From: an uncultured Bacteroidales bacterium
Lineage (GTDB): Bacteria; Bacteroidota; Bacteroidia; Bacteroidales; UBA932
Length of the DNA stretch: 64,000 nucleotides
Assembly: GCA_900316045.1 (NCBI GenBank)
Contig: ONBM01000024.1
Span: 15,400-79,399, forward strand
Direction of reading: 5' to 3'
Part shown: piece by piece, positions 15,714 to 26,742 of the stretch
Position numbering within the stretch: the stretch's first letter is position 1
Layout of the letters: each line of letters begins with the position of its first letter
Position numbers and translations under genes: made by a program
Notes under the pieces: model-generated
What the model saw: only the letters and a program-made list of their open reading frames with translations
Told to the model about the DNA's origin: nothing
The model's database searches: none

Positions 15714-18215
15714 ATGAAGAATATTCTTTCTGTCATTGCCGTTGTCTTTTGCAACAGTATTGTTTTTGGGCAGACTCCGGCATCTCTTGTGATGAATTAT
15801 GACCAGCCTGCGAAGATATTCGAGGAAGCCTTTCCTTTGGGGAACGGACATCTTGGAGCCACAGTTTACGGTGGCGTTTCTGACGATGTCATCTGGCTGA
15901 ACGAAGGAACTCTTTGGGGCAAAATCGGCGCTGAGAACAATCCCAAAACCGGGGGCAGGGCGCAGTTGGAGAAGGTCCGGCAGGCTCTTTATGCCGAGGA
16001 CTGGGAGACGGCTGCCTCGTTGGTGAAGGATCTTCAAGGGCCCAATGTGGCGGCTTACCTCCCAATGGGGTGCCTGCATCTGAGGCAGACTTTCGGAGCC
16101 GAGGAGAATAAAGGACTGTTCTATGATTATCACGGGCAAAGGAATGGCTCTGCGGATGATTCATCATCCGGGATAACTGAATATTCACGTTGCCTGGACC
16201 TAGGCAGGGCTATCGCCACGGCCACCTTTACCGTTGATGGGGTGAAATACACGAGGGAAATGTTCGTCTCTCATCCTGACAGGGTCTTCGTCATACACTT
16301 GACATCCTCGGAGAAGGGAAAACTGGAGTTCCGGCTGGATGGGGAATCCATGTGGGATGGCTGTTCAGTAAGCAGCGTTTCTTCGAATGAGTTCATCGTG
16401 AGAGGAGCAGTAGGATGGGACATGGACACGAAATGGAAAGAACCATTTTCGGCTCACCGTAAAGGACCTCACGGGGAAACAGGGATGCGTTATGAGTTCA
16501 GGGTCAGGCTTGTCAGTTGCGACGGCCAAGCGTATTCCATGCCAGGCCTTCATGTCAGCGGTGCTTCGGATGCGGTTATTCTCGTAAGCGCAGCTACTAG
16601 CTATAATGGCTTCGACCATCGTCCTGACACAGAGGGAAGAGATGAAGACGCACTTGCTGCGCAGATGCTTAATGATGCTTCGGTCAAAGACTTAAATACG
16701 CTACGTTCTGCGCATGTCGCTGACTATCAGTCGATTTTTAATCGAGTTTCGCTGGATGTCAATGGATCGCTTGCTTATGTTCCAGGGAATAAGACTGTCG
16801 ATGCCAGGCTTAAAGATTATTCAGAGGGCGCAAAAGATCCCGGACTTGAAATGCTTTATTTCCAATTCGGACGCTATTTGCTTATTTCCTGCTCCAGAGA
16901 GGACAGCGAGGTACCTTGCAATCTCCAAGGAATATGGAACAAAGACAGGCATCCGGCATGGGGCAGCGACATACACACGAATATTAATGTCCAGATGAAT
17001 TACTGGCCGGCTGAGCCGTTGGCAATGAGCGAGAATGCGATGCCTCTGGTGCGGTTCATCGGCAACTGCGCAGTCAATGGAGCCGAGGTTGTGAAAAATC
17101 TTTACGACATGAAAGGCTGGACCGTGCACCACAACAGCGACATCTGGTGTGCTGCCGGACCCGTTGGGGAGAAGGATGGCGACCCCGTGTGGGCCAACTA
17201 TGTCATGGCTGGCCCATGGCTTTGCAGTCACCTCTACGAGCATTTTCTGTTCTCCTGGGACAAGGAATATCTTGCCAAGACGGCATATCCTCTCATGAAA
17301 GGCTGTGGCGATTTCATCATGGACTGGCTCGTGGAGAGGGATGGCAAATACATAACTGCCCCTGCGACTTCTCCTGAGAACACCTTCATCGATGACAATG
17401 GCAAGATCGGCAAAGTGACCATGGGCACTGCTATGGACATGGAAATATGCTGGGATCTGCTCAATAACCTGATCGAGGCAAGCGAAGTGTTAGGAACCGA
17501 TCCGGAAGCACGAGCCAGGTGGATTCATTACAGAGACAACTTACAGCCGCTTCAGGTTGGTGCAGAGGGAGACCTCAACGAATGGTACAAAGACTGGAAA
17601 GATAAAGATCCTTATCACAGGCATGTCTCTCACCTATATGGGCTTTACCCGGGACGTGAGATATCTCCGTTCAGCACCCCAGAGTTAGCCGCCGCAGCTA
17701 GGAAGACTCTCGAAATGCGAGGGGATGGCGGAACGGGCTGGAGCAAGGCTTGGAAAATAGCTTTTTGGGCAAGGCTCCTGGATGGGGATCATTCCTACAA
17801 GATGTTCAGAGAGCTTCTCTCTAAATCAACGCTCAAAAATTTGTTCGACACGCATCCGCCATTCCAGATCGATGGCAACTTCGGAAGCATTGCCGGCATC
17901 TCAGAGATGCTCCTCCAGAGCCAGAACGGCGTGCTTCATCTATTGCCTGCGCTGCCTTCCGAATGGGCTGGCGGTTCAGTGAAAGGCCTGAGAGCGCGTG
18001 GCGCCTTCGTCGTGGATATCGACTGGAAAGATGGAAAGCTCTCCGATGCGAGCATACTTTCCGAGAAAGGCGGGAAATGCGTGCTGCGCACATCAAGTAG
18101 AATCCAGATCCGTCAATCAGGCCGGAGAATCGCCTCTAAATCCATAAAAGATGGTGATTATTATGTGACGACATTCCAAGCCAAGTCGGGGAATAAATAT
18201 TCCGTGTCAATATAG
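15714..18215 (+). CDS. glycoside hydrolase family 95 (alpha-L-fucosidase-like)
   Basis: N-terminal [26 protein letters not shown], the length, and the central catalytic region match the GH95 architecture. Confidence 0.85.
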   Translation: MKNILSVIAVVFCNSIVFGQTPASLVMNYDQPAKIFEEAFPLGNGHLGATVYGGVSDDVIWLNEGTLWGKIGAENNPKTGGRAQLEKVRQALYAEDWETAASLVKDLQGPNVAAYLPMGCLHLRQTFGAEENKGLFYDYHGQRNGSADDSSSGITEYSRCLDLGRAIATATFTVDGVKYTREMFVSHPDRVFVIHLTSSEKGKLEFRLDGESMWDGCSVSSVSSNEFIVRGAVGWDMDTKWKEPFSAHRKGPHGETGMRYEFRVRLVSCDGQAYSMPGLHVSGASDAVILVSAATSYNGFDHRPDTEGRDEDALAAQMLNDASVKDLNTLRSAHVADYQSIFNRVSLDVNGSLAYVPGNKTVDARLKDYSEGAKDPGLEMLYFQFGRYLLISCSREDSEVPCNLQGIWNKDRHPAWGSDIHTNINVQMNYWPAEPLAMSENAMPLVRFIGNCAVNGAEVVKNLYDMKGWTVHHNSDIWCAAGPVGEKDGDPVWANYVMAGPWLCSHLYEHFLFSWDKEYLAKTAYPLMKGCGDFIMDWLVERDGKYITAPATSPENTFIDDNGKIGKVTMGTAMDMEICWDLLNNLIEASEVLGTDPEARARWIHYRDNLQPLQVGAEGDLNEWYKDWKDKDPYHRHVSHLYGLYPGREISPFSTPELAAAARKTLEMRGDGGTGWSKAWKIAFWARLLDGDHSYKMFRELLSKSTLKNLFDTHPPFQIDGNFGSIAGISEMLLQSQNGVLHLLPALPSEWAGGSVKGLRARGAFVVDIDWKDGKLSDASILSEKGGKCVLRTSSRIQIRQSGRRIASKSIKDGDYYVTTFQAKSGNKYSVSI

Positions 18216-18267
18216 GCCGTTCTGTCTGCTGACTTTGTCAACCAAGCAAAGCCACCACAAAACAGGA

Positions 18268-18430
18268 GCAATGGCAATGCATGATACTATGATGGTTGAT
18301 GGGAACATATTTATCATCAATATCTTACATTTGCCCATGGAAGTACCCTGTCAAAAATTTGCAGGATACTTTCCCAATGCCTTTCCTATTCGCTTCTGTG
18401 CATACTTACGAAAGTATCCTGCCATAGATT
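18268..18430 (-). repeat. CAGGATACTTT-family repeat, copy X
   Basis: The reverse complement aligns without gaps to 62603-62765 at roughly 65-70% identity. It contains the 13-bp hairpin GCAGGATACTTTC (18371-18383) / GAAAGTATCCTGC (18420-18432). Confidence 0.7.
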
Positions 18431-18472
18431 CCCGACTTTCCATCTTCACATCCTAGTAAACACATCCTGTGA

Positions 18473-18673
18473 TTTACTCTGGATAACCGGTATTACGAAG
18501 GTGAATCGTTCACAGTCATCGCCCACGATAATTCATCGCAGAATATTAATATTCAGAAGGCCAGGCTTAATGGAAGGCCGCTTTCGGAGCCCCACATCGA
18601 TTTTTCCGAAATCGCTTCGCGAGGCACTCTGGAGCTATGGATGGGTTCGGAGCCGTCTGAATTTTTTCAATGA
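18473..18673 (+). pseudogene. C-terminal remnant (about 66 codons) of a GH92-like alpha-mannosidase
   Basis: My translation is FTLDNRYYEGESFTVIAHDNSSQNINIQKARLNGRPLSEPHIDFSEIASRGTLELWMGSEPSEFFQ*. It resembles the conserved GH92 C-terminus (...NGKP...I..GG.LE..MG..P). There is no upstream coding continuation; a stop lies at 18470. Confidence 0.6.
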
Positions 18674-18687
18674 AGGAATTCTGGAAT

Positions 18688-20943
18688 TCAAATCCAGCCG
18701 AGGCTTTGAAGGTCGCCTGCTAGCCAGACGGTGTCGCCTTCGGTGAACATGAAGTCCGGCTCCGGGTTAGTCACTATCTCCTCGCAATGCAGGACGCTGA
18801 TGACCATGCACTGGTAGCGTCGCAGATTTGCGCTCCGGAGAGTTTTCCCAGTAAGGAAGGAATCTGCCGTCAGCGTTACGGATTTTATTTCGAAGTTGAT
18901 GTCCGCCGTATCTTCCAGCTCGTCAAGAGAAGGGATGGTTGCGTCAATCATGGCTCTCAGCTTTTCTATCTGGTCATTTGTGCCGACGGCAAGCAGCTTG
19001 TCGTTAGGGAAGAGCATTACATCGCCTGACGGCACGATTATGTTTTTCCTTCCTCTGGTAATCTTGATTATGTTCGCTCCGGATTCGCTACGGAAAGGAA
19101 TATCCTTCAAGCAAGTTCCGGCAAGCGATGACTCCTGAGCCAGCGTGAGGCTTACGGTGTTCACGCCATAATCAGCGAGTTTCTGCCTCACTGAATTGGA
19201 GACTGGCTTCGAACGTCTCTCGACTTCCTCTCTTTCATTGTAATTTGACAAGAAGTGCTGTTCCAGCTGATTGAATTTGTGCATCGAGCGGCGGGCGAAA
19301 AGAATGAATAAGAGGCCTGCCAGGATTATTGCGAAAACAGTCCATCCTGCCAGCTGGAAATACGATGAAATCACTACCAGCACCATTGCGATCACGATGA
19401 ACGAACGCACAAGGGTCAATCCTATGAGGGGCCAGATGTTGCTCTGCTTTTCCTTTATCAGTTTAGGCGCAGACTCGTTGATGGATCCGGAATTAATCCC
19501 GAGTCCGTACAGGAAAGGAGACATGGCGGCTAAGGTTATGGCTACGTCGAGGATTTTCCTTTCTGTGCCGACCCAGGATGGCAGGAGGTGCTTCACTGCC
19601 GGAGCCAGGTAAATCTTGCTGCCAATGTAGATTGCGATCAGGATAACTCCGTAAAGCACAATGCGCGTGAGGTATGCTTTCAGCAGCTTGTGCCACTCAT
19701 TGTGCGCCAACGCAGTGTCCTTTGCGCTGCTTCCTGCAGCATTCATCTTTTCTATCCAGTTTTTCGGAAGCTTTTTGCTCAGCAGGTTGTAGCTTGGGCC
19801 TGCGAGCTTAATCATGAAAGGAGTCGTAAAAGTCGTGATCACGGAGACAGCGATTATCACAGGGTAGATGAAATCCCTCATGACCCCCAAGGACACGCCC
19901 ACGCCTGCGATGATGAATCCGAACTCACCCAGCTGAGCAAGCGAGAATCCCGTGTAAACCCCGTTCTTAAGCCCGTTGCCAGTCAGGATTATGCCTGCTG
20001 CGCCAAAGAGTATGTGCGTCAGGATGACTATTACCGCAAGAAGGAAGATGATCTGCCAGTGGGCAGAGATTTGCGCAGGCGCTACCATCATTCCTACCGA
20101 GACGAAGAATATGGCTCCGAAGAGGTTCTTGATTGGCTCGACGATTTTGTCTATATGTTCGCTCTCGATAGTTTCAGCTAGGATTGATCCCATCACGAAT
20201 GCCCCCAGAGCCGAAGAGAATCCGACCGAGGTGGCAAGGGCGACCATCCCGAAGCAGAGCCCTATGCTGACTATCAGCAGGATCTCATCGCTGAGATATT
20301 TCTTTGCCTTTTCCAGCAGAGTGGGAATGATGTATATTCCTACTAAGAACCAAAGTATGAGGAAGAACAGCAGTTTGGCTATGTTCATGAGCATCTCCTT
20401 GCCTTCGAATTGCTGGGAAACTGCCATGGTGGACAGCAACACCATCAGCACGATGGCAATCAGGTCCTCTACGACCAGGGTTCCGAAAACCATCCCTGCC
20501 CACGGCCTGTCTTTCATGCCCATGTCTTGGTAAGATTTTAGTACCACCATCGTAGAGGACATCGAGAGAAGGCCTGCTAGGAATATGCTTTCAAGCATTG
20601 TCCAGCCCAGCGCCTGTCCGGTCGCGAAGCCAATCACGAAGACACCTAGGAATTTCGTCAATGCGGTCACGATTGCGCTGGATCCGACTTTCATCAGCTT
20701 CTTGAAACTGAATTCCAGGCCGAGGCCGAACATCATGAAGATCATTCCTATCTCCGACCATTGCTGGACGGTTTCGGTGCTGGATATTCCCGGGAAAAAA
20801 TGTATGTTGGGACCAATGAGGAATCCGGCTATGATATAGCCCAGTATCAATGGCTGTTTCAACGCCTTGGATATTATGGTGAAAACTCCGGCAGAAATCA
20901 GTATCAGAGCCAAATCTCTCACAAGGTTAACTTCTTCGGTCAT
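18688..20943 (-). CDS. cation:proton antiporter (CPA2/Kef-type) with two C-terminal TrkA-C (RCK_C) domains
   Basis: Twelve or more TM segments followed by two soluble repeats. The start was moved to the ATG at 20943 (MTEEVNLVRDLALI). Confidence 0.85.
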   Translation of the reverse strand: MTEEVNLVRDLALILISAGVFTIISKALKQPLILGYIIAGFLIGPNIHFFPGISSTETVQQWSEIGMIFMMFGLGLEFSFKKLMKVGSSAIVTALTKFLGVFVIGFATGQALGWTMLESIFLAGLLSMSSTMVVLKSYQDMGMKDRPWAGMVFGTLVVEDLIAIVLMVLLSTMAVSQQFEGKEMLMNIAKLLFFLILWFLVGIYIIPTLLEKAKKYLSDEILLIVSIGLCFGMVALATSVGFSSALGAFVMGSILAETIESEHIDKIVEPIKNLFGAIFFVSVGMMVAPAQISAHWQIIFLLAVIVILTHILFGAAGIILTGNGLKNGVYTGFSLAQLGEFGFIIAGVGVSLGVMRDFIYPVIIAVSVITTFTTPFMIKLAGPSYNLLSKKLPKNWIEKMNAAGSSAKDTALAHNEWHKLLKAYLTRIVLYGVILIAIYIGSKIYLAPAVKHLLPSWVGTERKILDVAITLAAMSPFLYGLGINSGSINESAPKLIKEKQSNIWPLIGLTLVRSFIVIAMVLVVISSYFQLAGWTVFAIILAGLLFILFARRSMHKFNQLEQHFLSNYNEREEVERRSKPVSNSVRQKLADYGVNTVSLTLAQESSLAGTCLKDIPFRSESGANIIKITRGRKNIIVPSGDVMLFPNDKLLAVGTNDQIEKLRAMIDATIPSLDELEDTADINFEIKSVTLTADSFLTGKTLRSANLRRYQCMVISVLHCEEIVTNPEPDFMFTEGDTVWLAGDLQSLGWI

Positions 20944-21036
20944 ATTCTCGTATTCTTTGATGCAAAAATACCATTTTCCTGGCTCTTTTAAATAATAATG
21001 ACATGTCGTTCGCTGCGTCCGGAGCAAAGATTTTAG

Positions 21037-21044
21037 TAAATTTG
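21037..21044 (+). promoter_or_regulatory. -7 promoter box TAAATTTG
   Basis: Exact TAnnTTTG, 8 nt upstream of the ATG at 21052. Confidence 0.4.
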
Positions 21045-21051
21045 CACCACC

Positions 21052-21933
21052 ATGAAAAAAATATTGTTCCTAATTCCGATATTGCTCCTTTCCATTGCAG
21101 CGTTCGGGCAGAATCTGTTTGACGAGAAAGTAACGCTGAACCCTATGCCGCCGAAGGTGCCCCAGAAGATGACTTTCGCAGGGCAGACCATTGAATTCAA
21201 TAGAAGCGATCTCATCGAGCGGATGGACAGGGAACTGATTTCGTTCGCATATTCCCATCAGGTTTCTCTCCTTATGCTAAGGCGAGGCGACAGAATCTTC
21301 AAGCAGGTTCTGCCGATAATGAAGGAATATGGGATACCTGAGGACCTGAAATATATGATGGCGATAGAGAGCAATCTGGATCCGAAGGCCAGGTCAAGTG
21401 CCGGCGCTGCCGGACTCTGGCAGTTCATGCCGGCGACGGCTAAAGAATATGGGCTTGAGGTGTCTAGTGAGGTGGACGAGAGATACGACATCGAGAAAGA
21501 GACAAGGGCTGCGTGCCAGTATCTTCTGAAAGCATATGCAAGCTTCAATGACTGGTTCACGGTGGCTGCCAGCTACAATAGCGGCCAAGGCGGTACGAAC
21601 AGGAGGCTTAGCGACCAGCAGCAGACCAGCGGCTTGGACTTGTGGCTGCCTACGGAAACTTCGAGATACATGTTCAGGATGCTGGCTGCCAAGATGCTTT
21701 TCGAGGATCCTGCAGCTTTCGGCTTCAAGCTGGATGCCTCTGACAAATACCCATATTATGAGCCTCAGAAAGTGGTGGAGGTTGATTATTCCATCAGCAG
21801 TCTGGTTGACTTCGCGAAGCGCTACGGAATATCCTACATGCAGCTCAAGGAAGCCAACCTCTGGCTTCGCAGCGACAAGCTGACCAACGCTAAGAAAAAG
21901 ACATACAGGATCATCATACCTAAGAATATTTAG
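21052..21933 (+). CDS. lytic transglycosylase domain protein (SLT family, MltD-like)
   Basis: ESNLDPKARSSAGAAGLWQFMPATAKEYGL is the SLT catalytic block. A signal peptide is present. Confidence 0.85.
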   Translation: MKKILFLIPILLLSIAAFGQNLFDEKVTLNPMPPKVPQKMTFAGQTIEFNRSDLIERMDRELISFAYSHQVSLLMLRRGDRIFKQVLPIMKEYGIPEDLKYMMAIESNLDPKARSSAGAAGLWQFMPATAKEYGLEVSSEVDERYDIEKETRAACQYLLKAYASFNDWFTVAASYNSGQGGTNRRLSDQQQTSGLDLWLPTETSRYMFRMLAAKMLFEDPAAFGFKLDASDKYPYYEPQKVVEVDYSISSLVDFAKRYGISYMQLKEANLWLRSDKLTNAKKKTYRIIIPKNI

Positions 21934-21953
21934 ATCCTGACTTTCGTCAGGAT
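21934..21953 (+). terminator. possible terminator hairpin
   Basis: ATCCTGAC-tttc-GTCAGGAT immediately after the stop codon. No T-run follows, so it is weak. Confidence 0.3.
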
Positions 21954-22054
21954 GACAAGTTGGTTATTATCTCATCCCGATGCGCAATACTGGCCGTTCA
22001 TCCTGAACGCCCCGTCCCGTCATCTTGAACTTGATTCAGTTCCTATGTCTTCAA

Positions 22055-22594
22055 TTAACAGTGAAATACCCCGTCTATGGGAATGTCCCAAGGGTCGGCT
22101 GGAATGGAATCGACGATCTGCTGCGGGTATGCGATGCCCCAGACTGGGCAACTGACATTATGCAGGAAACGGTCGTAGAAGCCCTTGCCTCTGCCAAGAC
22201 GAACACCGGATTCCGTGAAGGCTATGCCGGGAACAATGACAAGATCCAGTTGCGACGTGTCGCGAAGCAGTACTGCATTCCCAGCGGGTTCCATTATTCC
22301 GAAAGCACCTGGAGCCACAGTGCCTGAGGAATATTCATAAACATCTATGTCATTGCCATTTACCTTCGGCACATAAAGTTTTTTCGAGGCATCGGCCAGC
22401 AGCAGGGAAGTGTCTATCTCATCGGCAAGGGACAAGAATGCCATGATTCGATTCGCGGACTTCCATTGTGGGCTGGACAGCACTTGACGGCATGTTTCAA
22501 TAGAATATTCATTTTTCTGCATTGGTGAAAGGGATTTTACCCTAGCCCTTATCTCCGCTCTGATGCTGCGTTTGTCGTTCATGCTCATTCTCAA
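22055..22594 (-). CDS. 5-formyltetrahydrofolate cyclo-ligase
   Basis: The length and the C-terminal block VPGIAFTESGVRLGRGKGFYDRFL fit the family. Confidence 0.85.
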   Translation of the reverse strand: MRMSMNDKRSIRAEIRARVKSLSPMQKNEYSIETCRQVLSSPQWKSANRIMAFLSLADEIDTSLLLADASKKLYVPKVNGNDIDVYEYSSGTVAPGAFGIMEPAGNAVLLRDTSQLDLVIVPGIAFTESGVRLGRGKGFYDRFLHNVSCPVWGIAYPQQIVDSIPADPWDIPIDGVFHC

Positions 22595-22655
22595 ATTGTT
22601 TTAGTAAAGAAAATCTAATCTAAGATACCATATATTTTGTAATTTTGCGGCCAAA

Positions 22656-24014
22656 ATGAATAAAAGCAATCAGATAGACATGTTGAACGGCCCCCTGATG
22701 GGGAAGCTGGTTCGGTTCGCCATACCATTTGCGGCAAGCAGCATTCTTCAGCAGCTGTTCAACTCCGTGGATATAGCGGTAGTCGGTAATTTCGCGAGCA
22801 GCCAGGCATTGGCTGCGGTTGGAGCTAACGGTCCTGTGATAGCCCTGCTGCTGAATTTCTTCATCGGCATCTCGCTGGGAACGAATGTCATAATCGCGAA
22901 TCACATAGGCCAGAAGAATGAGGAAGGCATACGCGAGGCTGTTTCTACATCTTCCGTAATAGCTCTCGTGGCTGGATTCATCCTCATGATCGTAGGTCTC
23001 TTGGTAGCTTCGCCTCTCTTGAAATTGATGAATACGCCTTCCGACGTGCTGGACCAGGCGACTCTTTACCTAAGAATAGTGCTTCTAGGAGCGCCTGCCA
23101 TATTAATATATAATTTCGGTGCGGCCATTCTTCGAAGCAAAGGTGACACGAAACGTCCGCTTTACATCCTCATAATCGCCGGCATACTGAATACCATCCT
23201 AAACCTCGTTATGGTGATCGTTTTCAACATGGATGTGGCAGGAGTCGCCGTTGCCACGACGGTTTCCAATATCGTTAGCGCCGGAATGATCGTCTGGATG
23301 CTGACCCACGAAGAGGGTCCCTTCAAGCTGAAGATAAGAGGCATGAAATCATATTCACGGTCACTTTCAAGAATATTGAATGTTGGCCTTCCTGCGGGCT
23401 TCCAGAATATGCTCTTCGCTATTTCTAACGTGTTCGTGCAGTCAGCCATCAATTCATACGGAGCTCTTGCGGTGGCAGGAAACGCCGCAGCGCTGAACTA
23501 TGAATTCTTCTCTTATTTCTTCGTGTCGGCGTTCGATGCTGCCGCAGTGACATTCGTAGGACAGAATTATGGAGCCGGAAAGGTGGACAGGTGCAAGACC
23601 GTGTTCAAGATCTGCATGGTGCTCAGCGTGATAGTTTCCAGCCTTTTCTCGGCCATCATCCTTCTGAACGGCAAGGCATGCATGAGGGTCTTCACATCTG
23701 ACCCGCAAGTAATAAGTTTCGGAATCGAGAGGCTGAAATATGCCACCTTGTGGATGGGACTGGCTTGTAGCTACGAAATTGCAGGCTCTTGCATGAGAGG
23801 CTTCGGCTATTCGCTGCAGCCAGCCATACTGACCATATTCGGCACCTGCGTATTGAGAATAGTTTGGATTTACGCCGTGAGCCCCATCTGGCCGGGGCTT
23901 GGACACTTGCTGTCTGCATATCCTGTCTCTTGGGTGCTTACTGGCACGATGGTTCTCATTTCTTATCGCATCACCAGCAGAAAAGCCTTTTCCCTCGTTT
24001 CAAAAACCGAATAA
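22656..24014 (+). CDS. MATE family efflux transporter
   Basis: Twelve TM segments. N-terminal LNGPLMGKLVRFAIPF block. A TAATTTTG box lies at 22640-22647. Confidence 0.85.
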   Translation: MNKSNQIDMLNGPLMGKLVRFAIPFAASSILQQLFNSVDIAVVGNFASSQALAAVGANGPVIALLLNFFIGISLGTNVIIANHIGQKNEEGIREAVSTSSVIALVAGFILMIVGLLVASPLLKLMNTPSDVLDQATLYLRIVLLGAPAILIYNFGAAILRSKGDTKRPLYILIIAGILNTILNLVMVIVFNMDVAGVAVATTVSNIVSAGMIVWMLTHEEGPFKLKIRGMKSYSRSLSRILNVGLPAGFQNMLFAISNVFVQSAINSYGALAVAGNAAALNYEFFSYFFVSAFDAAAVTFVGQNYGAGKVDRCKTVFKICMVLSVIVSSLFSAIILLNGKACMRVFTSDPQVISFGIERLKYATLWMGLACSYEIAGSCMRGFGYSLQPAILTIFGTCVLRIVWIYAVSPIWPGLGHLLSAYPVSWVLTGTMVLISYRITSRKAFSLVSKTE

Positions 24015-24037
24015 AAAAAGCGGCGATTACTGCCGCT
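24012..24037 (-). terminator. intrinsic terminator of asd
   Basis: Minus strand reads AGCGGC-agtaatc-GCCGCT followed by TTTTTTT. Confidence 0.6.
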
Positions 24038-24060
24038 CATGAAAACTTTCGCAGGATTCA

Positions 24061-25071
24061 TTACAGAGCATTTTTGCTGATCATGTATTCTGCGATTTGG
24101 ACGGCATTCAGGGCTGCGCCCTTGCGAATCTGATCGCCAGTGAGCCACAGAGTGCAAGAATTGTCATCAGCCAAGTCCTTACGAATCCTGCCGACATAAA
24201 CATCGTCTTTCCCGGCGCTTTCCAGAGGTGTAGGGTAGACATAGTTCTGAGGATCGTCCTTCACAGTGACTCCAGGGGCTGCCTCCAGAGCTTTTCTTAT
24301 CTCGTCGACTTCCAGAGGTCTTTCAGTTTGGAACCAAACGCTCTCTGAATGGCTTCTTAATGAAGAAACCCTCACGCAAGTTGCGCTAGTCCTCACATCA
24401 GAATGCATGATTTTCCGAGTCTCATGGAACATCTTCATCTCCTCTTTAGTGTAGTCGTTCGGCATCATCTTGTCTATCTGTGGAATTACGTTGTAGGCAA
24501 GCTGGCAAGGGAATTTGCTTACATGTTCAGTCTTGCCAGTTTCCACGATGTCTTTATATTGCTGCTGAAGTTCTTGCATTGCCTGCGCCCCAGCACCGCT
24601 GGCGCTCTGGTAAGACGAAATGTGAACTTTCGCGATATGACTCAGGTCATCGATTGGCTTCAGAACTACTACCATGAGTATGGTCGTGCAATTAGGGTTC
24701 GCTATTATGTTCCTAGGGTGATTCAATGCGTCTTCAGGATTAACCTCAGGCACCACCAGAGGCACGTCTGCATCCATTCTGAATGCACTGCTGTTGTCTA
24801 TCATCACTGTGCCGAATTTAGTTACGGTGTCGGCATATTCAATGGAAGTGCTTGCGCCTGCGGAAGCAAACGCGACGTTGATTCCTTTGAAATCGTCGTT
24901 GTGCTGCAGTTGCTTGACGATGATGTCCTTGCCTTTAAATGAATATGTCCTTCCGGCGGAACGTTCGGATCCGAAGAGAACCAGTTCGTCACACGGAAAA
25001 TTCCTTTCTTCCAGGATGCGCAGGAACTCTTGTCCCACTGCGCCACTTGCGCCAATAATTGCTGCTTTCAT
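24061..25071 (-). CDS. asd: aspartate-semialdehyde dehydrogenase
   Basis: [19 protein letters not shown]-binding motif, active-site NPNCTT, and QSASGAG block. Confidence 0.9.
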   Translation of the reverse strand: MKAAIIGASGAVGQEFLRILEERNFPCDELVLFGSERSAGRTYSFKGKDIIVKQLQHNDDFKGINVAFASAGASTSIEYADTVTKFGTVMIDNSSAFRMDADVPLVVPEVNPEDALNHPRNIIANPNCTTILMVVVLKPIDDLSHIAKVHISSYQSASGAGAQAMQELQQQYKDIVETGKTEHVSKFPCQLAYNVIPQIDKMMPNDYTKEEMKMFHETRKIMHSDVRTSATCVRVSSLRSHSESVWFQTERPLEVDEIRKALEAAPGVTVKDDPQNYVYPTPLESAGKDDVYVGRIRKDLADDNSCTLWLTGDQIRKGAALNAVQIAEYMISKNAL

Positions 25072-25162
25072 AATACAAAATAATTGTTAAGTTCAGACTT
25101 TTTCAGTCTGTCTTCAAAGTTATGCAAAAAAATGCTTAAATTTGACAAATCTTTCAATTACT

Positions 25163-25792
25163 ATGACCCAATTACATATTATCAACCACCCGATGATTCA
25201 GCACAAGCTGACCATTATGAGGAAGAAGGAAACAGGATCCAAGGACTTCAGGCAGCTGCTGGACGAGATTTCAATGCTGATGGGCTACGAGGTGACTCGC
25301 GATCTCCCGCTGGAAGATGTTGAAATAGAGACGCCTATAAGCAAAATGACGGGTAAGGAGATTTCTGGCCGGAAGCTAGCCATAGTGCCTATACTTAGGG
25401 CAGGCCTCGGAATGATGACAGGGCTGCAGACCTTGGTCCCGGTCGCAAAAGTCGGCCACATAGGACTTTACAGGGATGAGAAAACGCACAATCCGGTGGT
25501 ATATTACTGTAAGCTCCCTCTTGACATTCAGGAAAGACTAGTGATAGTTACCGATCCAATGCTTGCCACAGGAGGAAGTTCCTGCGACGCAATCAGGATG
25601 CTGAAGGATAGAGGATGCAGAAACATCCGGCTGATGTGTCTGGTGGGGGCTCCGGAAGGAATAGAAAGAGTGCAGGAAGAACATCCAGATGTGGACATAT
25701 ATCTTGCGGCAGTAGACGATCATCTAAATGAAAACGCCTACATCGTGCCAGGTCTGGGTGATGCAGGCGATAGAATATTCGGAACTAAGTAA
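25163..25792 (+). CDS. upp: uracil phosphoribosyltransferase
   Basis: [15 protein letters not shown]-terminal block, PRPP motif [13 protein letters not shown], and C-terminal [12 protein letters not shown]. The start was set at the ATG at 25163. Confidence 0.9.
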   Translation: MTQLHIINHPMIQHKLTIMRKKETGSKDFRQLLDEISMLMGYEVTRDLPLEDVEIETPISKMTGKEISGRKLAIVPILRAGLGMMTGLQTLVPVAKVGHIGLYRDEKTHNPVVYYCKLPLDIQERLVIVTDPMLATGGSSCDAIRMLKDRGCRNIRLMCLVGAPEGIERVQEEHPDVDIYLAAVDDHLNENAYIVPGLGDAGDRIFGTK

Positions 25793-25797
25793 ATTCC

Positions 25798-26727
25798 CTA
25801 TTTCTTAAAGGCTTCCATCATCGGTCTTCCTCTCCAGTCTTCTGGAATCTGGAGGCCGAGGGCGTAAGCTATCGTGGCAGGCACGTCATACTGCATCATG
25901 AATCTCTCGAACTGGCCTTTATTCGAGATATTTTTCCCGCAGATGACGAACGGAGTCTCTAGTTCCTCAAGAGTCAGATTACCATGACCATGACCTTTCC
26001 CTCCATGATCTGAGGTAACGATAATTATCGTATCATCGTAAATCCCGGCATCTTTCAGAGCATTCACTATCATGGCAATCGCATTGTCAGCATGTTTCAA
26101 GCACTCATCGTACTCTTTTGATTCCCAGCCGTATGCGTGGCCAGTATGGTCTACGTTTCCGATGTAGAATGTGTAGAAAGCTGGCTTCTGGCTTTTGATG
26201 TCTGACACGGCGGCCTCTGTGTATTTCTCTATATCGGCATAATTCTCAACGCCAGGGAACAGCTTGTGGAAAGTCATGGCTGCGGTATCGCAGACGTAAC
26301 CTATGCCATCCCAGTCATAAACGCATCCAGAAACTGCATCCGGGCGCTGCTGCTTCAAAAGCGTATAGATGGTGACAGGCATGCCGTTTTCCTGAACCGA
26401 ATAAGCAGGAATAACTGGTTTTGCGGAATTCCAGGCATTGTAGCAATGCATCTCGGTAGGGACGCCCATGAATATGCTAGCCCAGTTGATGGCAGAAGCC
26501 GAAGGCATCACTGACCGTTTAGTGAATGTGTAGCACCCATCATCCATCAGAGATTTAACAGTCGGCATGAGGTCCAGGTCATCTTTCACCTGATTTGACC
26601 CCCATCCATCAAGGCCGATGAAAACAACGTGTTCAGCCAACGGCTTCTGTGACTTTTTGCGGGCAGCGACATTGTTGCAAGGTAGCAGCAGCGCAATAGC
26701 TGCCAGAATGAAAATTATTTTCTTCAT
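25798..26727 (-). CDS. alkaline phosphatase superfamily protein (nucleotide pyrophosphatase/phosphodiesterase-like), secreted
   Basis: Metal-site blocks IGLDGWG and TSDHGG.GHGHG. A signal peptide is present. Confidence 0.75.
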   Translation of the reverse strand: MKKIIFILAAIALLLPCNNVAARKKSQKPLAEHVVFIGLDGWGSNQVKDDLDLMPTVKSLMDDGCYTFTKRSVMPSASAINWASIFMGVPTEMHCYNAWNSAKPVIPAYSVQENGMPVTIYTLLKQQRPDAVSGCVYDWDGIGYVCDTAAMTFHKLFPGVENYADIEKYTEAAVSDIKSQKPAFYTFYIGNVDHTGHAYGWESKEYDECLKHADNAIAMIVNALKDAGIYDDTIIIVTSDHGGKGHGHGNLTLEELETPFVICGKNISNKGQFERFMMQYDVPATIAYALGLQIPEDWRGRPMMEAFKK

Positions 26728-26742
26728 GCTGAATAAGATTTA

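Noticed and set aside
18235-18456. A 73-aa ORF between GH95 and the GH92 remnant.
   Set aside because: It lies entirely within repeat copy X on the opposite sense. The homologous copy Y has no equivalent ORF.
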